A stretch of 64,000 bases of DNA from an uncultured delta proteobacterium (GCA_963812015.1 CAWETI010000002.1:320001-384000), one strand, 5' to 3'; shown: positions 17,388-27,960, counted from the first letter of the stretch. The notes: generated by a model not told the origin, from the letters alone. Numbers and translations are program-made.

Positions 17388-17795
17388 CTATGGGCGCGCC
17401 CATTTCAACCACAGGCCCGCGGCATATCCCCAGATGGCATTGTAAAACACTACCAAGAGGGGGGTCAGATAGCCCAACTGCAACCCCAAAACGCCTTTTT
17501 CGGCCATGAAGGGAAACACCAGGAAGAGTTGCACCAGGGTGGGGCCCAGGCTGAAGATAAGCCCCTTGTCCGGCCAGGACCGCCGGCCCAGGGGCAGTAG
17601 AAACAACAGCCCCCAGAGCCCGCCCCACACCAGTTTAGGATAGAGCAAGGCCGCAGTCAACGGCGGGGCGATCTTGACCCCGAGGGCCGGGGCGATCCCG
17701 AGTAATCCAAAGAGCCACACCGCCAGGCCGTTCCACCAGCCCCCCCAACACCCGGCCACAAACACCAGGGAGAGGTTTCTCGTCGTGAGGTTCAT
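17388..17795 (-). CDS. Small integral membrane protein
   Basis: RNLSLVFVAG..LVWGGLWGLLFLLPL..GVLGLQLGY; RBS GGAGG. Confidence 0.75.
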   Translation of the reverse strand: MNLTTRNLSLVFVAGCWGGWWNGLAVWLFGLLGIAPALGVKIAPPLTAALLYPKLVWGGLWGLLFLLPLGRRSWPDKGLIFSLGPTLVQLFLVFPFMAEKGVLGLQLGYLTPLLVVFYNAIWGYAAGLWLKWARP

Positions 17796-17886
17796 GCCAT
17801 CCTCCGTAAAGCAATGAGCTGCGTCTGATAGAGGCTCCCCGGAAGGCGAATAACCCTCATGGGCTTCACCCTCCCGCCGGGTCGGG

Positions 17887-19545
17887 TCATTTCAGACTCC
17901 TGATGAACTTTTTCCGGCCCCGGCCCCGTCTGCCATAGGCATAGATCAAATGCTGCACCCGGGGCCGCCCATCATCGACATGAAAAGAAAAGGCCAGTTC
18001 TTCAATGGCGCGGTCGGCCACCGTCATCCGTTCGTGTTGCCGCCGGTGCTCCATCCAGGTCTCCACGATAAAGGTTTCCAGGTAGCGGTCCGGGTCGGCG
18101 GTATCCTGGAACAAACCCCAGCGGATGGCGCCGTCGCGTCGCCGGATAACACTTAAGGCCCGCATGGCCTGGGTAAACTTCTCCGACTGCTGGGGGTCGA
18201 TGTGGTACTCCATCGTCACCAAGACCGGCCCCTGCTCCGGCCGGGGCTCGAGGATCAGGTGGGGTTCGGGCCAGTGGAGCGAGGGGGTCAGGTCCGATTC
18301 TTCGTCGATCTTGATGGGATAACGGATGGCGGCCAGGAGCCCCAGGGCCAAACCCCCGGCGGAATAAAGCAGGGCCGCTTTAAGGCCTTGATGAGTGGCG
18401 ACCGCCCCCCAGACGATGCTGCCGCCGCTAAAACCACCGGCAAAAACCAGCATATACACGGCCAGGACCCGGGCCCGGACCCAGGCCGGGACCGCAATCT
18501 GGATGGCCACATTGAAGAGGGAGACCGTCACCAGCCAGGCGGCTCCACTGAGGACCATGGCCGCCACCAGAGCCGGCATTTGGGGCCAGAGGGCCGTTAC
18601 CGCGATCATGGCCACGGCGAGCAGGTTCATGCCGGCCAACAAGGCCTCCACCGGCAGATGGCGTTGCAGGCGCGGCATGAGGGTGGCCCCGGCCACCGCG
18701 CCGGCGCCGAAACACCCCAACAAGATGCCGTAGTCGGTGGAGCTGCCGCCCATTTCGTAGCGGACCACCAGGGGCAGAAGGGCCCAGAGAGAGCTAGTAA
18801 ACAAGATGAAAATACCGGTCCGCCAGAGTACGGCTTGCAACCCCCTGGAATGACGCACATAACGCAGGCCGGTGTGGATGGCGGCGACCATGCGCTCCGC
18901 CGGCAAGGCGGCGTTGGTGGCGGGCCGCGGCCACCGGTACAGGACGATCATCACCCCCAGGAAAGAAACCGCATTCAGGATAAAGGTGGCCCCGGCCCCG
19001 ACCCCGGCCACGATGGCGCCGCCCAGGGCCGGACCCACAGCCCGGGACAGGTTAAACCCGGCGCTGTTCAGGGAAATGGCCCGGGTCAGCTCAGGGCGCG
19101 GCACCAGGTCGGGGATGATGGCCTGCCAGGCGGGAGCGTTCATGGCGGCGCCCAGACCCAGCAAAAAGGTGAAACCCAAGAGCACCCAGGGCGAGGCGAA
19201 TCCCAGCAGGGTCACGGCAGCCAGCATCGCCGCGGCGACCATCATCCAGGCCTGGGTAGCCAGCAACAGCCGGCGGCGGTCGATGATGTCGGCCAGGGCC
19301 CCGGCCGGTAGCGACAAGAGAAACATGGGGAAAATACTGGCAGCCTGCACCAGGGCCACCATCGCCGGGGAGGTGGAGAGCGACGTCATGAGCCAGGCGG
19401 CGCCCACGCTCTGCATAAAGGTGCCGATATTGGAGACCAGGGTAGCCAGCCACAAGGCCCGGAAGACCGGGTAGGTAAAAGGAGTCCAGGGAGCCGTGGC
19501 GGCGGGTGGCGGTTTCATGACAAGGTCGGCGCGGGTTTTATCCAC
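17887..19545 (-). CDS. MFS transporter with soluble C-terminal domain
   Basis: FRALWLATLVSNIGT, GALADIIDRRRLL, about 12 TMs; C-terminal GPVLVTMEY..RRRDGAIRWG. Confidence 0.9.
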   Translation of the reverse strand: MDKTRADLVMKPPPAATAPWTPFTYPVFRALWLATLVSNIGTFMQSVGAAWLMTSLSTSPAMVALVQAASIFPMFLLSLPAGALADIIDRRRLLLATQAWMMVAAAMLAAVTLLGFASPWVLLGFTFLLGLGAAMNAPAWQAIIPDLVPRPELTRAISLNSAGFNLSRAVGPALGGAIVAGVGAGATFILNAVSFLGVMIVLYRWPRPATNAALPAERMVAAIHTGLRYVRHSRGLQAVLWRTGIFILFTSSLWALLPLVVRYEMGGSSTDYGILLGCFGAGAVAGATLMPRLQRHLPVEALLAGMNLLAVAMIAVTALWPQMPALVAAMVLSGAAWLVTVSLFNVAIQIAVPAWVRARVLAVYMLVFAGGFSGGSIVWGAVATHQGLKAALLYSAGGLALGLLAAIRYPIKIDEESDLTPSLHWPEPHLILEPRPEQGPVLVTMEYHIDPQQSEKFTQAMRALSVIRRRDGAIRWGLFQDTADPDRYLETFIVETWMEHRRQHERMTVADRAIEELAFSFHVDDGRPRVQHLIYAYGRRGRGRKKFIRSLK

Positions 19546-19834
19546 TTATGAAAAATATGAAAAGACCGGGGTTTCTGGTCAGGGTCAACTGCCGAACGGT
19601 ATTGATTTAAATATAAGCATCGATTGAGGCTTGTCATGCCGGCAAGCTTTTTGGCGGACCCCGGAGGTGAAAAAATCGGAGAACCACCGCCGGCCCGGCC
19701 CCGGCCCGGTCCCACCGTCCCTCACCGGAACAGGGACTCAGGGGTTAGGATCGAAAAGGTGGTTGGAGAAACCGTTGCGGTGGGGCAGGGGGCCCGGAGA
19801 AGAGCAGACCCCCTGCGGTTGGCGTGGTATCTGG

Positions 19835-21463
19835 TTAGCCCAGGATGGCCTGCAGGTCCGCATCAGGGGTGGTGATGGGTTTGATGTCGAAGTTTTTCAC
19901 CAGCACGTCCAGGACGTTGGGGGTGACGAAGGCCGGCAGGCTCGGCCCCAGGCGGATGTTCTTGATGCCCAGATAGAGCAGGCTCAAGAGGATGGCCACG
20001 GCCTTCTGTTCGTACCAGGACAGGACCAGGGACAGGGGCAGGTCGTTGACCCCCACGCCAAAGGCGTTGGCCAAGGCCACGGCGATTTGCACCGCGGAGT
20101 AGGCATCGTTGCACTGGCCCACATCCAGGAGCCGGGGGATGCCGCCGATATCGCCCATTTCCTTGTCAAAGAAGCGGAACTTGCCGCAGGCCAGGGTCAG
20201 GACCACGCAATCCTTGGGGACCTTTTCCACGAACTCGGTGTAGTAGTTGCGGGTGGGTTTGGCCCCGTCGCAGCCGCCCACCAGGAAAAAGTGGCGGATC
20301 TGCTTGTTCTTGACGGCCTCAATGACCGCTCCCGCCACGCCCAGGACGGCGTTCCTGGCAAAACCGACCATGACGGACTTGCCGTTGCTGTCTTCGCTAA
20401 AGCCCGGCATGGCCAGGGCTTTGTCGATCACCGGCTTGAAGTTGAGGTCCGGGATGTGGGTGATGCCCGGCCAGCCCACCAGGCCCCGGGTAAACAGGTT
20501 GGGGGCATAAGATTCCTGGGGCCGCTGGATGCAGTTGGTGGTCATGACGATGGCCCCGGGGAACTGGGCGAACTCCTTGGCCTGGTTCTGCCAGGCGGTG
20601 CCGAAGTGGCCGTAGAAATGGGGATACTTCTTGAGGCCGGGGTAGCCGTGACAGGGGAGCATCTCGCCGTGGGTGTAGACGGAGATGCCTTTGCCTTGGC
20701 TCTGCTTCAGGATTTCTTCCAGGTCAAGGAGATCGTGGCCGGACACCAGGATGGCCTTGCCTTTTTTATGGCCCAGAGGCACCGGGGTGGGAACCGGGTG
20801 GCCGTACCGGCCGGTGTTGGCCGCGTCCAGCAGTTCCATGGCCCTGAGGTTGATCTCGCCGCATTTCAGCACCAGGCCTAAAAGGTCGTTCAAACCCAGG
20901 TCCTGGCTAATGGTAGCAGCCAGGCCCTGGTGGATGAAGGCATAGACCTTGTCGTCTTCCTGCCCCAAAATTCGGGCGTGGTCGGCATAGGCCGCGACCC
21001 CTTTGATGCCGAAGAGCAGGGTGTGCTTGAGGGCCAGGATATCGGCGTCGGCGGCGGGATAGTTCTTGATGGCCGCAGCTTCCGCCTGCTTCAGCAGCCC
21101 CGCCAGGGTGGCTTCGGGCTTGAAAGTGGCCTGGGCGGCGGCGAAATCCACCTTGCCCCCGGCCTTCCGAACCTTCTCCTTGAGTTGCTCCCGGAGTTCG
21201 ACGCTCCGTCGGATCAACTTCACCAGCCGGGCGGGGTCGAAATCCACGTTGGTCAAGGTGGAAAAAGTCGCTTCACAGGTAAAGACGTTAACGTCCCGGT
21301 CGCTGACTCCGACTTTACGGCCTTCTATGGCCACCAGGGACAGGCCCTGGAGACTGTAGATCAACAAATCCTGGAGGGCCGCCACCTCGGCATTCTTGCC
21401 GCACACCCCGAGAACCGTGCACCCTTCACCTTTGGCCGCCTGTTCGCACTGATAACAAAACAT
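19835..21463 (-). CDS. hcp: Hybrid cluster protein (hydroxylamine/NO reductase)
   Basis: MFCYQCEQ..GC..GVCGK, SGHDL, THGEMLP, TTNC, GGCDG, GQCND, SWYEQKA; RBS AGGAGG. Confidence 0.97.
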   Translation of the reverse strand: MFCYQCEQAAKGEGCTVLGVCGKNAEVAALQDLLIYSLQGLSLVAIEGRKVGVSDRDVNVFTCEATFSTLTNVDFDPARLVKLIRRSVELREQLKEKVRKAGGKVDFAAAQATFKPEATLAGLLKQAEAAAIKNYPAADADILALKHTLLFGIKGVAAYADHARILGQEDDKVYAFIHQGLAATISQDLGLNDLLGLVLKCGEINLRAMELLDAANTGRYGHPVPTPVPLGHKKGKAILVSGHDLLDLEEILKQSQGKGISVYTHGEMLPCHGYPGLKKYPHFYGHFGTAWQNQAKEFAQFPGAIVMTTNCIQRPQESYAPNLFTRGLVGWPGITHIPDLNFKPVIDKALAMPGFSEDSNGKSVMVGFARNAVLGVAGAVIEAVKNKQIRHFFLVGGCDGAKPTRNYYTEFVEKVPKDCVVLTLACGKFRFFDKEMGDIGGIPRLLDVGQCNDAYSAVQIAVALANAFGVGVNDLPLSLVLSWYEQKAVAILLSLLYLGIKNIRLGPSLPAFVTPNVLDVLVKNFDIKPITTPDADLQAILG

Positions 21464-21560
21464 ATCCAACCTCCTGAATTTTGAGTTTCTCAAATTCTGT
21501 AGTATCGTTGGCTGTCAACCATTGTTGCCCTCAATCTAATCCCCGCTTCGCCCCGACGCC

Positions 21561-21574
21561 TTGACTTAAGGCAA
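21561..21574. promoter_or_regulatory. HcpR/FNR-type binding site upstream of hcp
   Basis: TTGAC-TTAA-GGCAA, one mismatch to TTGAC-N4-GTCAA; a minus-strand TAGATT -10 at 21533-21538 puts it near -41.5. Confidence 0.7.
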
Positions 21575-21620
21575 AGAAAGGGAAAATATTCTCTCAGCCA
21601 GGTCAAAACCGGCTTTTTTT

Positions 21621-21690
21621 GTCATCTTGAGCGTAACGAAGGATCTCATCTACCTGAAAACACGAGCTTCTTCGCTCAGCTCAGAATGAC
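21621..21690. repeat. GTCAT-type REP-like hairpin
   Basis: GTCATCTTGAGCGTAACGAAGGATCTC ... GAGCTTCTTCGCTCAGCTCAGAATGAC. Confidence 0.7.
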
Positions 21691-21845
21691 CATGCTCTAT
21701 CAATCCAGGTTTTGATATCGCTTGTAGGTCGGCCCCTACAAAAAATGGGAAATCCCCGTTGGCAAGCACCCGCATAGGGGGTCAGGGTTTGCGGGTTTCG
21801 GGGCAGATGGGGGCCGCACTCCAGGGCGGGTGCAGCCTGGCAACG

Positions 21846-22208
21846 TTACTCCAGGAACTCTTTCAGGGCCAGGAGTTCGTCCCGGATGGTCTTAAGCAGG
21901 GTCAATACCCGGTTTTCCAGGGGGGCGGGGGGCAGGGGCCGGGGCGGCAAACGATGGTGCTCGGGCTTATGGTGCATCTGGCGGCGCATGGCCGTCAAGC
22001 TCAGATTTTCTTCTTCCCGCAGGCGCTTGATTTCAAAGATGAGCTGAATATCGGCAGGGCGGTAGAGGCGGTGCCGGGAGCGGCGGCGGCTGGGCTTCAA
22101 CAGTTTGCCCTGGGTCTCCCAGTACCGCAGCACGTGGGCTTTCACCCCGGTGATGCGGGATGCTTCACCGATGGTATAAAAGGCTTTGCGGGGGAATTCC
22201 TCTTCCAC
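21846..22208 (-). CDS. MerR family HTH protein
   Basis: FYTIGEAS..GVKAHVLRYWE..HRLYRPADI; directly downstream of pheT. Confidence 0.85.
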   Translation of the reverse strand: MEEEFPRKAFYTIGEASRITGVKAHVLRYWETQGKLLKPSRRRSRHRLYRPADIQLIFEIKRLREEENLSLTAMRRQMHHKPEHHRLPPRPLPPAPLENRVLTLLKTIRDELLALKEFLE

Positions 22209-22215
22209 GCTCTCC

Positions 22216-24606
22216 TTAACGCAGTTCCGCCCCCAGATCCTTCTCCAGGGCCGTAACCAGGGCCTGATGATGGGAATTCACCAGATCATCCGTCAGGGTC
22301 CGCTCCGGGTCGCGATACGACAGGCGGAAGGCCAGGCTCCGCTTGCCGGCCGGCACCGGGTCGCCGGTGTAGACGTCAAACAGGCGGGCTTCCACCAGCC
22401 AGGGCCGGCCCTGGGAGTACAGGGCCTCGGCCACCCGGGCGGCGGGCACACTTTCCGGCAATACCAGGGCGATGTCCCGGTAGACCGCCGGATAACGGGG
22501 TAAGGGCGTGAACCGGGGGGGCACCGCGGCCTGGCACAGGGCGGCGAAATTGAGGTTGAAGGCAAAGATTTCGCCTTCCAGATCCAGCCGCTCGCCGATA
22601 TCCGGCTGGAGTTCGCCCAGGACGCCCAACTCCCGGTCACCCGACATCACCCGGGCCCCATAGCGTAGGTATCCGGGCAGGTTTTCCGGGGAAAAGGTCA
22701 CCTCGGGGATCAGGAGGCCGTCCAACAGGGTCTCCACCGCGCCTTTGAGATCGAAGAAATCAACTTTCTCCTGGGCGTTATTCCAGGCCATGCCCTCCCG
22801 GGCGCCGTACATCAGCCCGGTGAGCCAGTGCTCCTCGTGAGGCAGGTCCTCCCCGGCCCGGGGCTCAAAGACCTTGGAAATCTCGAACAGGCGCACATCC
22901 AGACTCTGCTGCAAGGTATTGCGGCGCAGGGTTTCCAGCAGACCGGGCAAGAGCGAGGTCCGCATCATAGCCTGCTCTTCGCTCAAGGGGTTGGCCAGGC
23001 GCAGCGGCGGGGTCGCCGCATCGTCTCCCGCCACCAGGCTCCCCAGGCGGTCCGGCTGGAAGGCATAGGTAATCACCTCAAAGAACCCCAGACCCAGGAG
23101 CACATCCTTGGCCGCCGCCTTCAGGCGGACCTCGGGGCCGGGCCGGCGGGTGGCCACCTCCCCGTGGGCCAGGGTCACCGGGATGGCGTCATAGCCGGCC
23201 AGGCGGGCGATCTCCTCGATGAGGTCCACCTCCCGTTCCAGGTCGCCCCGGAAGGGGGGCACCTGGAGCACCAGGTTCTCGGCATCCACCGCCAGGGCCG
23301 GAAGATGGAGACGCCGGAGCAGGTGCAGCATCTGCTCCCCGGAAAAATCGGTGCCCAACACCTGGTTGGTTCGGGAAACCCTGAGGTTCAGCCGGGGGTG
23401 TTGGATGGGCGCGGGATACTCATCCAACCGCTCAGCCGCCACCGCGCCGCCGCCCACCTCGCACATGAGCTGGGTGGCCCGCTCCAGGGCGTGAATCACC
23501 CCGTCCGGGTCCACGCCCCGTTCGAACCGGTAGGACGCCTCGGTGCTGAGCCCCAGGCGTTTGGAGGTCCGGCGGATGGTGCGGGGATTGAAATAGGCGC
23601 TCTCGATCAGCACCCGGGTGGTGGCCCCGGTGACCTCGGAATCCAGGCCGCCCATAACCCCGGCCAGGGCTACGGGCCCCTGGCCGTCGCAAATGAGCAG
23701 GGTCTCGGGATCAAGCTCCCGTTCGGCCCCGTCCAGGGTGGTGAAACGGCCCTCGCCGCTCTTGGGCAGGCGCACCACGATTTCGCCGCCCCGGAGGCGC
23801 TCAAAATCGAAGGCGTGTAAGGGCTGGCCGAACTCCAGCAACACGTAATTGGTGACGTCCACCAAATTATTGATGGCCCTGAGGCCCGCCAACTGAAGGC
23901 GGCGGCGCAGCCAGAAGGGCGACGGTTTCACGCTTAGGCCGGTGAGGAGGCGAGCGGCATAGCGGGGGCAATGCACCGGGTCCAGAATGGTCACCCGGGC
24001 CTGAAGCCCCGACTCAGCCGCGGGGGTCACCGTGACCTCCGGATGGCGCAGGGGCTGGTCCAAAAGGGCCGCCACTTCCCGGGCCAGTCCCAAGACGCTG
24101 AGACAGTCGGAGCGGTTGGCGGTGATGGCGACTTCCAGGACCACGTCCGCCAGACCCAGGGCCGCGGCCAGGTCCTGCCCTAACGGCAGGGTCTGGGGAA
24201 TCTCCATCAGGCCCACATGATCCGGGGACAGGCCCAGCTCATCTTCCGCCAGGAGCATGCCTTCGGAGGGGATGCCCCGGAGCTTGGCGGCCTTGATTTT
24301 GTGGCCGCCCGCCAAGATGGCCCCGGGAGGCGCAAACGGATAGATACATCCCGCCTGCACGTTGGGGGCGCCGCACACTACCTGGTAGGTTTGACTGCCG
24401 GTGGTGACCTCCGCCACCTGCAATCGGTCCGCCTGGGGATGGCGGTCCACGCTCAAGACCTTGCCCACGACCACCCCGGAGAAATCCGGGGCCACGGTTT
24501 CCAGACCCTCGACTTCCAGGCCGGCCATGGTCAGCCGATCTGCCAGGGCCTGAGCCTCCAGGGTGAGGTCCACAAAATCAGCCAGCCAGTTAAGACTTAA
24601 TCGCAT
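22216..24606 (-). CDS. pheT: Phenylalanyl-tRNA synthetase beta subunit
   Basis: MRLSLNWL, HPQADRL, VCGAPN, ASYRFERG, DLIEEIAR, NPLSEE..MRTSL, C-terminal anticodon-binding domain. Confidence 0.97.
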   Translation of the reverse strand: MRLSLNWLADFVDLTLEAQALADRLTMAGLEVEGLETVAPDFSGVVVGKVLSVDRHPQADRLQVAEVTTGSQTYQVVCGAPNVQAGCIYPFAPPGAILAGGHKIKAAKLRGIPSEGMLLAEDELGLSPDHVGLMEIPQTLPLGQDLAAALGLADVVLEVAITANRSDCLSVLGLAREVAALLDQPLRHPEVTVTPAAESGLQARVTILDPVHCPRYAARLLTGLSVKPSPFWLRRRLQLAGLRAINNLVDVTNYVLLEFGQPLHAFDFERLRGGEIVVRLPKSGEGRFTTLDGAERELDPETLLICDGQGPVALAGVMGGLDSEVTGATTRVLIESAYFNPRTIRRTSKRLGLSTEASYRFERGVDPDGVIHALERATQLMCEVGGGAVAAERLDEYPAPIQHPRLNLRVSRTNQVLGTDFSGEQMLHLLRRLHLPALAVDAENLVLQVPPFRGDLEREVDLIEEIARLAGYDAIPVTLAHGEVATRRPGPEVRLKAAAKDVLLGLGFFEVITYAFQPDRLGSLVAGDDAATPPLRLANPLSEEQAMMRTSLLPGLLETLRRNTLQQSLDVRLFEISKVFEPRAGEDLPHEEHWLTGLMYGAREGMAWNNAQEKVDFFDLKGAVETLLDGLLIPEVTFSPENLPGYLRYGARVMSGDRELGVLGELQPDIGERLDLEGEIFAFNLNFAALCQAAVPPRFTPLPRYPAVYRDIALVLPESVPAARVAEALYSQGRPWLVEARLFDVYTGDPVPAGKRSLAFRLSYRDPERTLTDDLVNSHHQALVTALEKDLGAELR

Positions 24607-24806
24607 AATAGATTAATTTAACCCCCCGGGCCGCAAAACTCAAGAACCTTGATTCCTCAAAAACTGGGGGCTTAAGGGAGGAAGCTCCTAAGGATGGAGG
24701 ATATTTCGCGGGGGAGGGGGTCACAGAGCGAGCTTCTTTTAATAAATTCAATTTCACCATGCAGGGGCCGACTTGCGTGTCGGCCCTCCATGAGGACGTG
24801 GACAAC

Positions 24807-25526
24807 TCAAGATTTAGTTCCCTCGGCCATCTTCTGTAAAGCGACGGGATCCATGATGGTTATTTTTCCCTTATCAACTTCTATGAGACCCAAACCTTTA
24901 AATCGCGATAAAGTCCGGGATAATGTTTCGCTGATGGTACCCAAATAAGCGGCCAACTGCGTTTTGGTGGTGGGTAATTCACACTGCAATCCCGTGGCGA
25001 TCTCGCCATGCGTAGCCTGACATCTTTCCAAGATATATCGGGCCAGGCGATTTGATACTTCTTTCAGGGAGAGATCCTCCAGTTGCTTGGTCAGGTGGAA
25101 CATCAAGCGACTCAAGGTGGCCAGCATGTTGCGGGCCAGGGCCGGCGACGCGGCCAGATGGTGCAGAAACGGCCCTTTGGGGAAGAAGAGGGTTTGGCAC
25201 TCCTCTAAAGCGATGGCCGTAGCCGGGTAGGGAATTTCCCCGAAAACCGCCGCCTCGGCAAAGGTCTCGCCGGGCCCCACCAGGCGGAGGATGTACTCCT
25301 TGCCATCCAAAGAGGTCTTTACCAGTTTGACCTGGCCGGTAACGAGAATGGTTAACCCCTGGGCCTCTTTCCCTTCCGCAAAGATGGTGGCATGCCGGGG
25401 GAAGGTCTTCCTCACCGACATGCGGGCCAGGGTCTCCAGGTCCGCCTCGGCAATCCCGGAGAACAAGTAAATACGCCGTAAAATTTGCTGCTTGACCCCG
25501 GTGTCTTCCCTGGCGGTGCGATCCAT
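24807..25526 (-). CDS. Crp/Fnr family regulator (HcpR/Dnr-like)
   Basis: cNMP-fold GPGETFAEAAVF; HTH LAAYLGTISETLSR; no FNR-type Cys cluster. Confidence 0.88.
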   Translation of the reverse strand: MDRTAREDTGVKQQILRRIYLFSGIAEADLETLARMSVRKTFPRHATIFAEGKEAQGLTILVTGQVKLVKTSLDGKEYILRLVGPGETFAEAAVFGEIPYPATAIALEECQTLFFPKGPFLHHLAASPALARNMLATLSRLMFHLTKQLEDLSLKEVSNRLARYILERCQATHGEIATGLQCELPTTKTQLAAYLGTISETLSRTLSRFKGLGLIEVDKGKITIMDPVALQKMAEGTKS

Positions 25527-25812
25527 TCCGGCCCCCCATTCAGGCGGTAGTGATGATCCTTGAGGGAGGGCGGTGCGGGCCGCAGCCCCCCTCTTAAAAA
25601 AATAAAAAAATTTCTTAACTGCGCCATTTTAGGCCGAAACCGACTTTCTGACAACGAGATTCCGCACCTTGGGGGAGGCCGCCGGGGTCTTGAGCCCCGG
25701 CCCCGGTTCTTTGCGGTTGACGGAACGAGGCTGCCTTTGGTAGATTGCTAACCGACCATCACCCAGGGAAACCTGCCCAACCTGGCCTCATGTCATCCGG
25801 GAGGAGCGACCC

Positions 25813-26958
25813 ATGATCCAACCTAAATGGACCGGCGCGATCTTGTTGATGTGCTTCAGCCTCATCTGGGGCTGCGGCTCCCAGGAGTCCAAAGACATTC
25901 GCGTCGGCGTCAACGCCGAACTGACCGGCAGCAAACCCACGGTGGGGGATTCGTGTCGAAAGGCCGCGGAACTCCTGGCGCTCCAGGTGAATCTGGCCGG
26001 CGGCCTCAAGGTGGGCGATAAACAGTTCCCCATCACGCTGTTCATCGAGGATAACGAAGACAAGGCTGAATCCGCGGCCGCCGCGGCTCAGAAACTTATC
26101 AGTCAGAACAACGTCCTGGCCATCCTCGGCCCCAACGCCTCGGGCAATGCCATCCCCGCCGCCCGGATCTGCGAAGATGCCAAAGTGATCATGATCAGCC
26201 CCTGGTCCACCAATCCCAAGACCACGGAAGGCAAGAAATATATCTTTCGGGCCTGCTTCATCGACGATTTCCAGGGCCAGGTGATGGCCAAGTTCGCCCG
26301 GGAAAACCTGAAGGCCCAGACCGCGGCGGTGCTCTATGACGTGGCCTCGGAGTATAATAAAGGCATAGCCGAGTTTTTCAAGAAATTCTTCGAAGCCGCC
26401 GGCGGCAAGGTGGTGGCCTTCGAATCCTATACCAAGGACGACAAGGATTTCTCCTCCCAGCTCACCACCATCAAGGCGGCCAATCCCGGGGTGCTCTTTC
26501 TCCCCAATTATTACAACGAAGTCCCCCTCCAGGTGCAGCAGGCCCGGCGGCTGGGGATAACCTGTCCCATTATCGGCTCCGACTCCTGGGGCAGCGCCGA
26601 GATCCTGCGCCTGGGCGGGGCCGACCTGGAGGGCTGTTATTTCAGCACCCATTACGCCCCCGACATCGCCACTCCCACCGCCCAGAAATTCATCAAGGAC
26701 TATGAAGCCAAATACGGTAAAAAGCCTGATGACGTCGCCGCCCTCACCTATGACGCCGGGAGCCTCTTGTGCGCCGCCATTACCCAGGCCGGCTCCCTGG
26801 ACCGGCAAAAAGTCCGGGACTCCCTGGCCAAGATTCAAGAATTTCGAGGCGTGACCGGCCAGATGAAGTTCCAGGGGAGCGGTGACCCCGTCAAAAGCGC
26901 GGTCATCATCCAGATTAAGGATGGCAAATTTAATTACTTTGCCGCGGTGCAGCCTTAG
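25813..26958 (+). CDS. Branched-chain amino acid ABC transporter substrate-binding lipoprotein
   Basis: Lipobox-like IWGC; FRACFIDDFQG, DFSSQLT, ALTYDA. Confidence 0.9.
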   Translation: MIQPKWTGAILLMCFSLIWGCGSQESKDIRVGVNAELTGSKPTVGDSCRKAAELLALQVNLAGGLKVGDKQFPITLFIEDNEDKAESAAAAAQKLISQNNVLAILGPNASGNAIPAARICEDAKVIMISPWSTNPKTTEGKKYIFRACFIDDFQGQVMAKFARENLKAQTAAVLYDVASEYNKGIAEFFKKFFEAAGGKVVAFESYTKDDKDFSSQLTTIKAANPGVLFLPNYYNEVPLQVQQARRLGITCPIIGSDSWGSAEILRLGGADLEGCYFSTHYAPDIATPTAQKFIKDYEAKYGKKPDDVAALTYDAGSLLCAAITQAGSLDRQKVRDSLAKIQEFRGVTGQMKFQGSGDPVKSAVIIQIKDGKFNYFAAVQP

Positions 26959-27048
26959 AAGCGGGGCGGCCAGAGACGGCCGCCCCCCCAACTGATTTTA
27001 TCGGTGGGGCGGGCCTCCGTGCCCGCCATCCACCTTTGGTGCAAAATC

Positions 27049-27960
27049 ATGTTTCAGCTCCTGGCCCAAAACGCCCTGAACGCCCTGCAATTGGGGAGCG
27101 TCTACGCCCTCATCGCCCTGGGCTACACCATGGTGTACGGCATCCTCAGCATGATCAATTTCGCCCATGGGGACATCTTTATGGTGGGGACCTACCTTAG
27201 CCTGGCCGGGGCCATGCTCCTCTTGGGCCTGCCCTTCCACCTGCCCCTGGTGCTGGTCTTCCTGGGGGCCCTGACCTTCAGCATGGTCCTGACGGCGCTT
27301 TTGGGGGTGACCATCGAACGCCTGGCCTACCGCCCACTGCGCCAGGCCCCCCGGGTCTCCGCGGTTATCACCGCCCTGGGGGTGGGGCTCTTCCTGGAAA
27401 ACTTTACCCTGGGCATCCTGGGGCCGGAGCCCCTTCACTTCCCGACCCTCATCACCTTGAGGTCCTGGGAGGTGGCGGGCCTCACCATTTCCCCCCTTCA
27501 AGTGCTCATTATTGTGATGGCCGCGGTGCTCATGGTCCTCTTGGACCTGCTGGTGCGGCGGACGCTTTTGGGCATGGCCATGCGGGCCATTTCCTATAAT
27601 CGCCCCATCGTCCCCCTCATGGGGGTGCCGGTGGACCGGGTCATCTCCCTGACCTTTGCCATCGGCTCCGCCATCGCCGCCGCCGGGGGCCTCCTCTACG
27701 GCCTGGCCTATCCGGTGCTGGACCCCCTGATGGGGGTGCGCATCGGCTGGTGGGCCTTCATCGCCGCGGTGGTGGGGGGCATCGGCAATATCCGGGGGGC
27801 CATGCTGGGCGGCTTTATCCTGGGCGCGGTGGAGATCTTCACCCCGGTGCTGCTGCCTTCCTCCACCTACCGGGACTTCGTGGCCTTCTCCCTGCTCCTG
27901 GTGCTGCTGATCTTTAAACCCACCGGCATCCTGGGCCGGCCGGTATTCGAGCGGGTGTGA
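27049..27960 (+). CDS. livH: Branched-chain amino acid ABC permease
   Basis: GSVYALIALGYTMVYG..INFAHG, AAVVGGIG. Confidence 0.9.
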   Translation: MFQLLAQNALNALQLGSVYALIALGYTMVYGILSMINFAHGDIFMVGTYLSLAGAMLLLGLPFHLPLVLVFLGALTFSMVLTALLGVTIERLAYRPLRQAPRVSAVITALGVGLFLENFTLGILGPEPLHFPTLITLRSWEVAGLTISPLQVLIIVMAAVLMVLLDLLVRRTLLGMAMRAISYNRPIVPLMGVPVDRVISLTFAIGSAIAAAGGLLYGLAYPVLDPLMGVRIGWWAFIAAVVGGIGNIRGAMLGGFILGAVEIFTPVLLPSSTYRDFVAFSLLLVLLIFKPTGILGRPVFERV

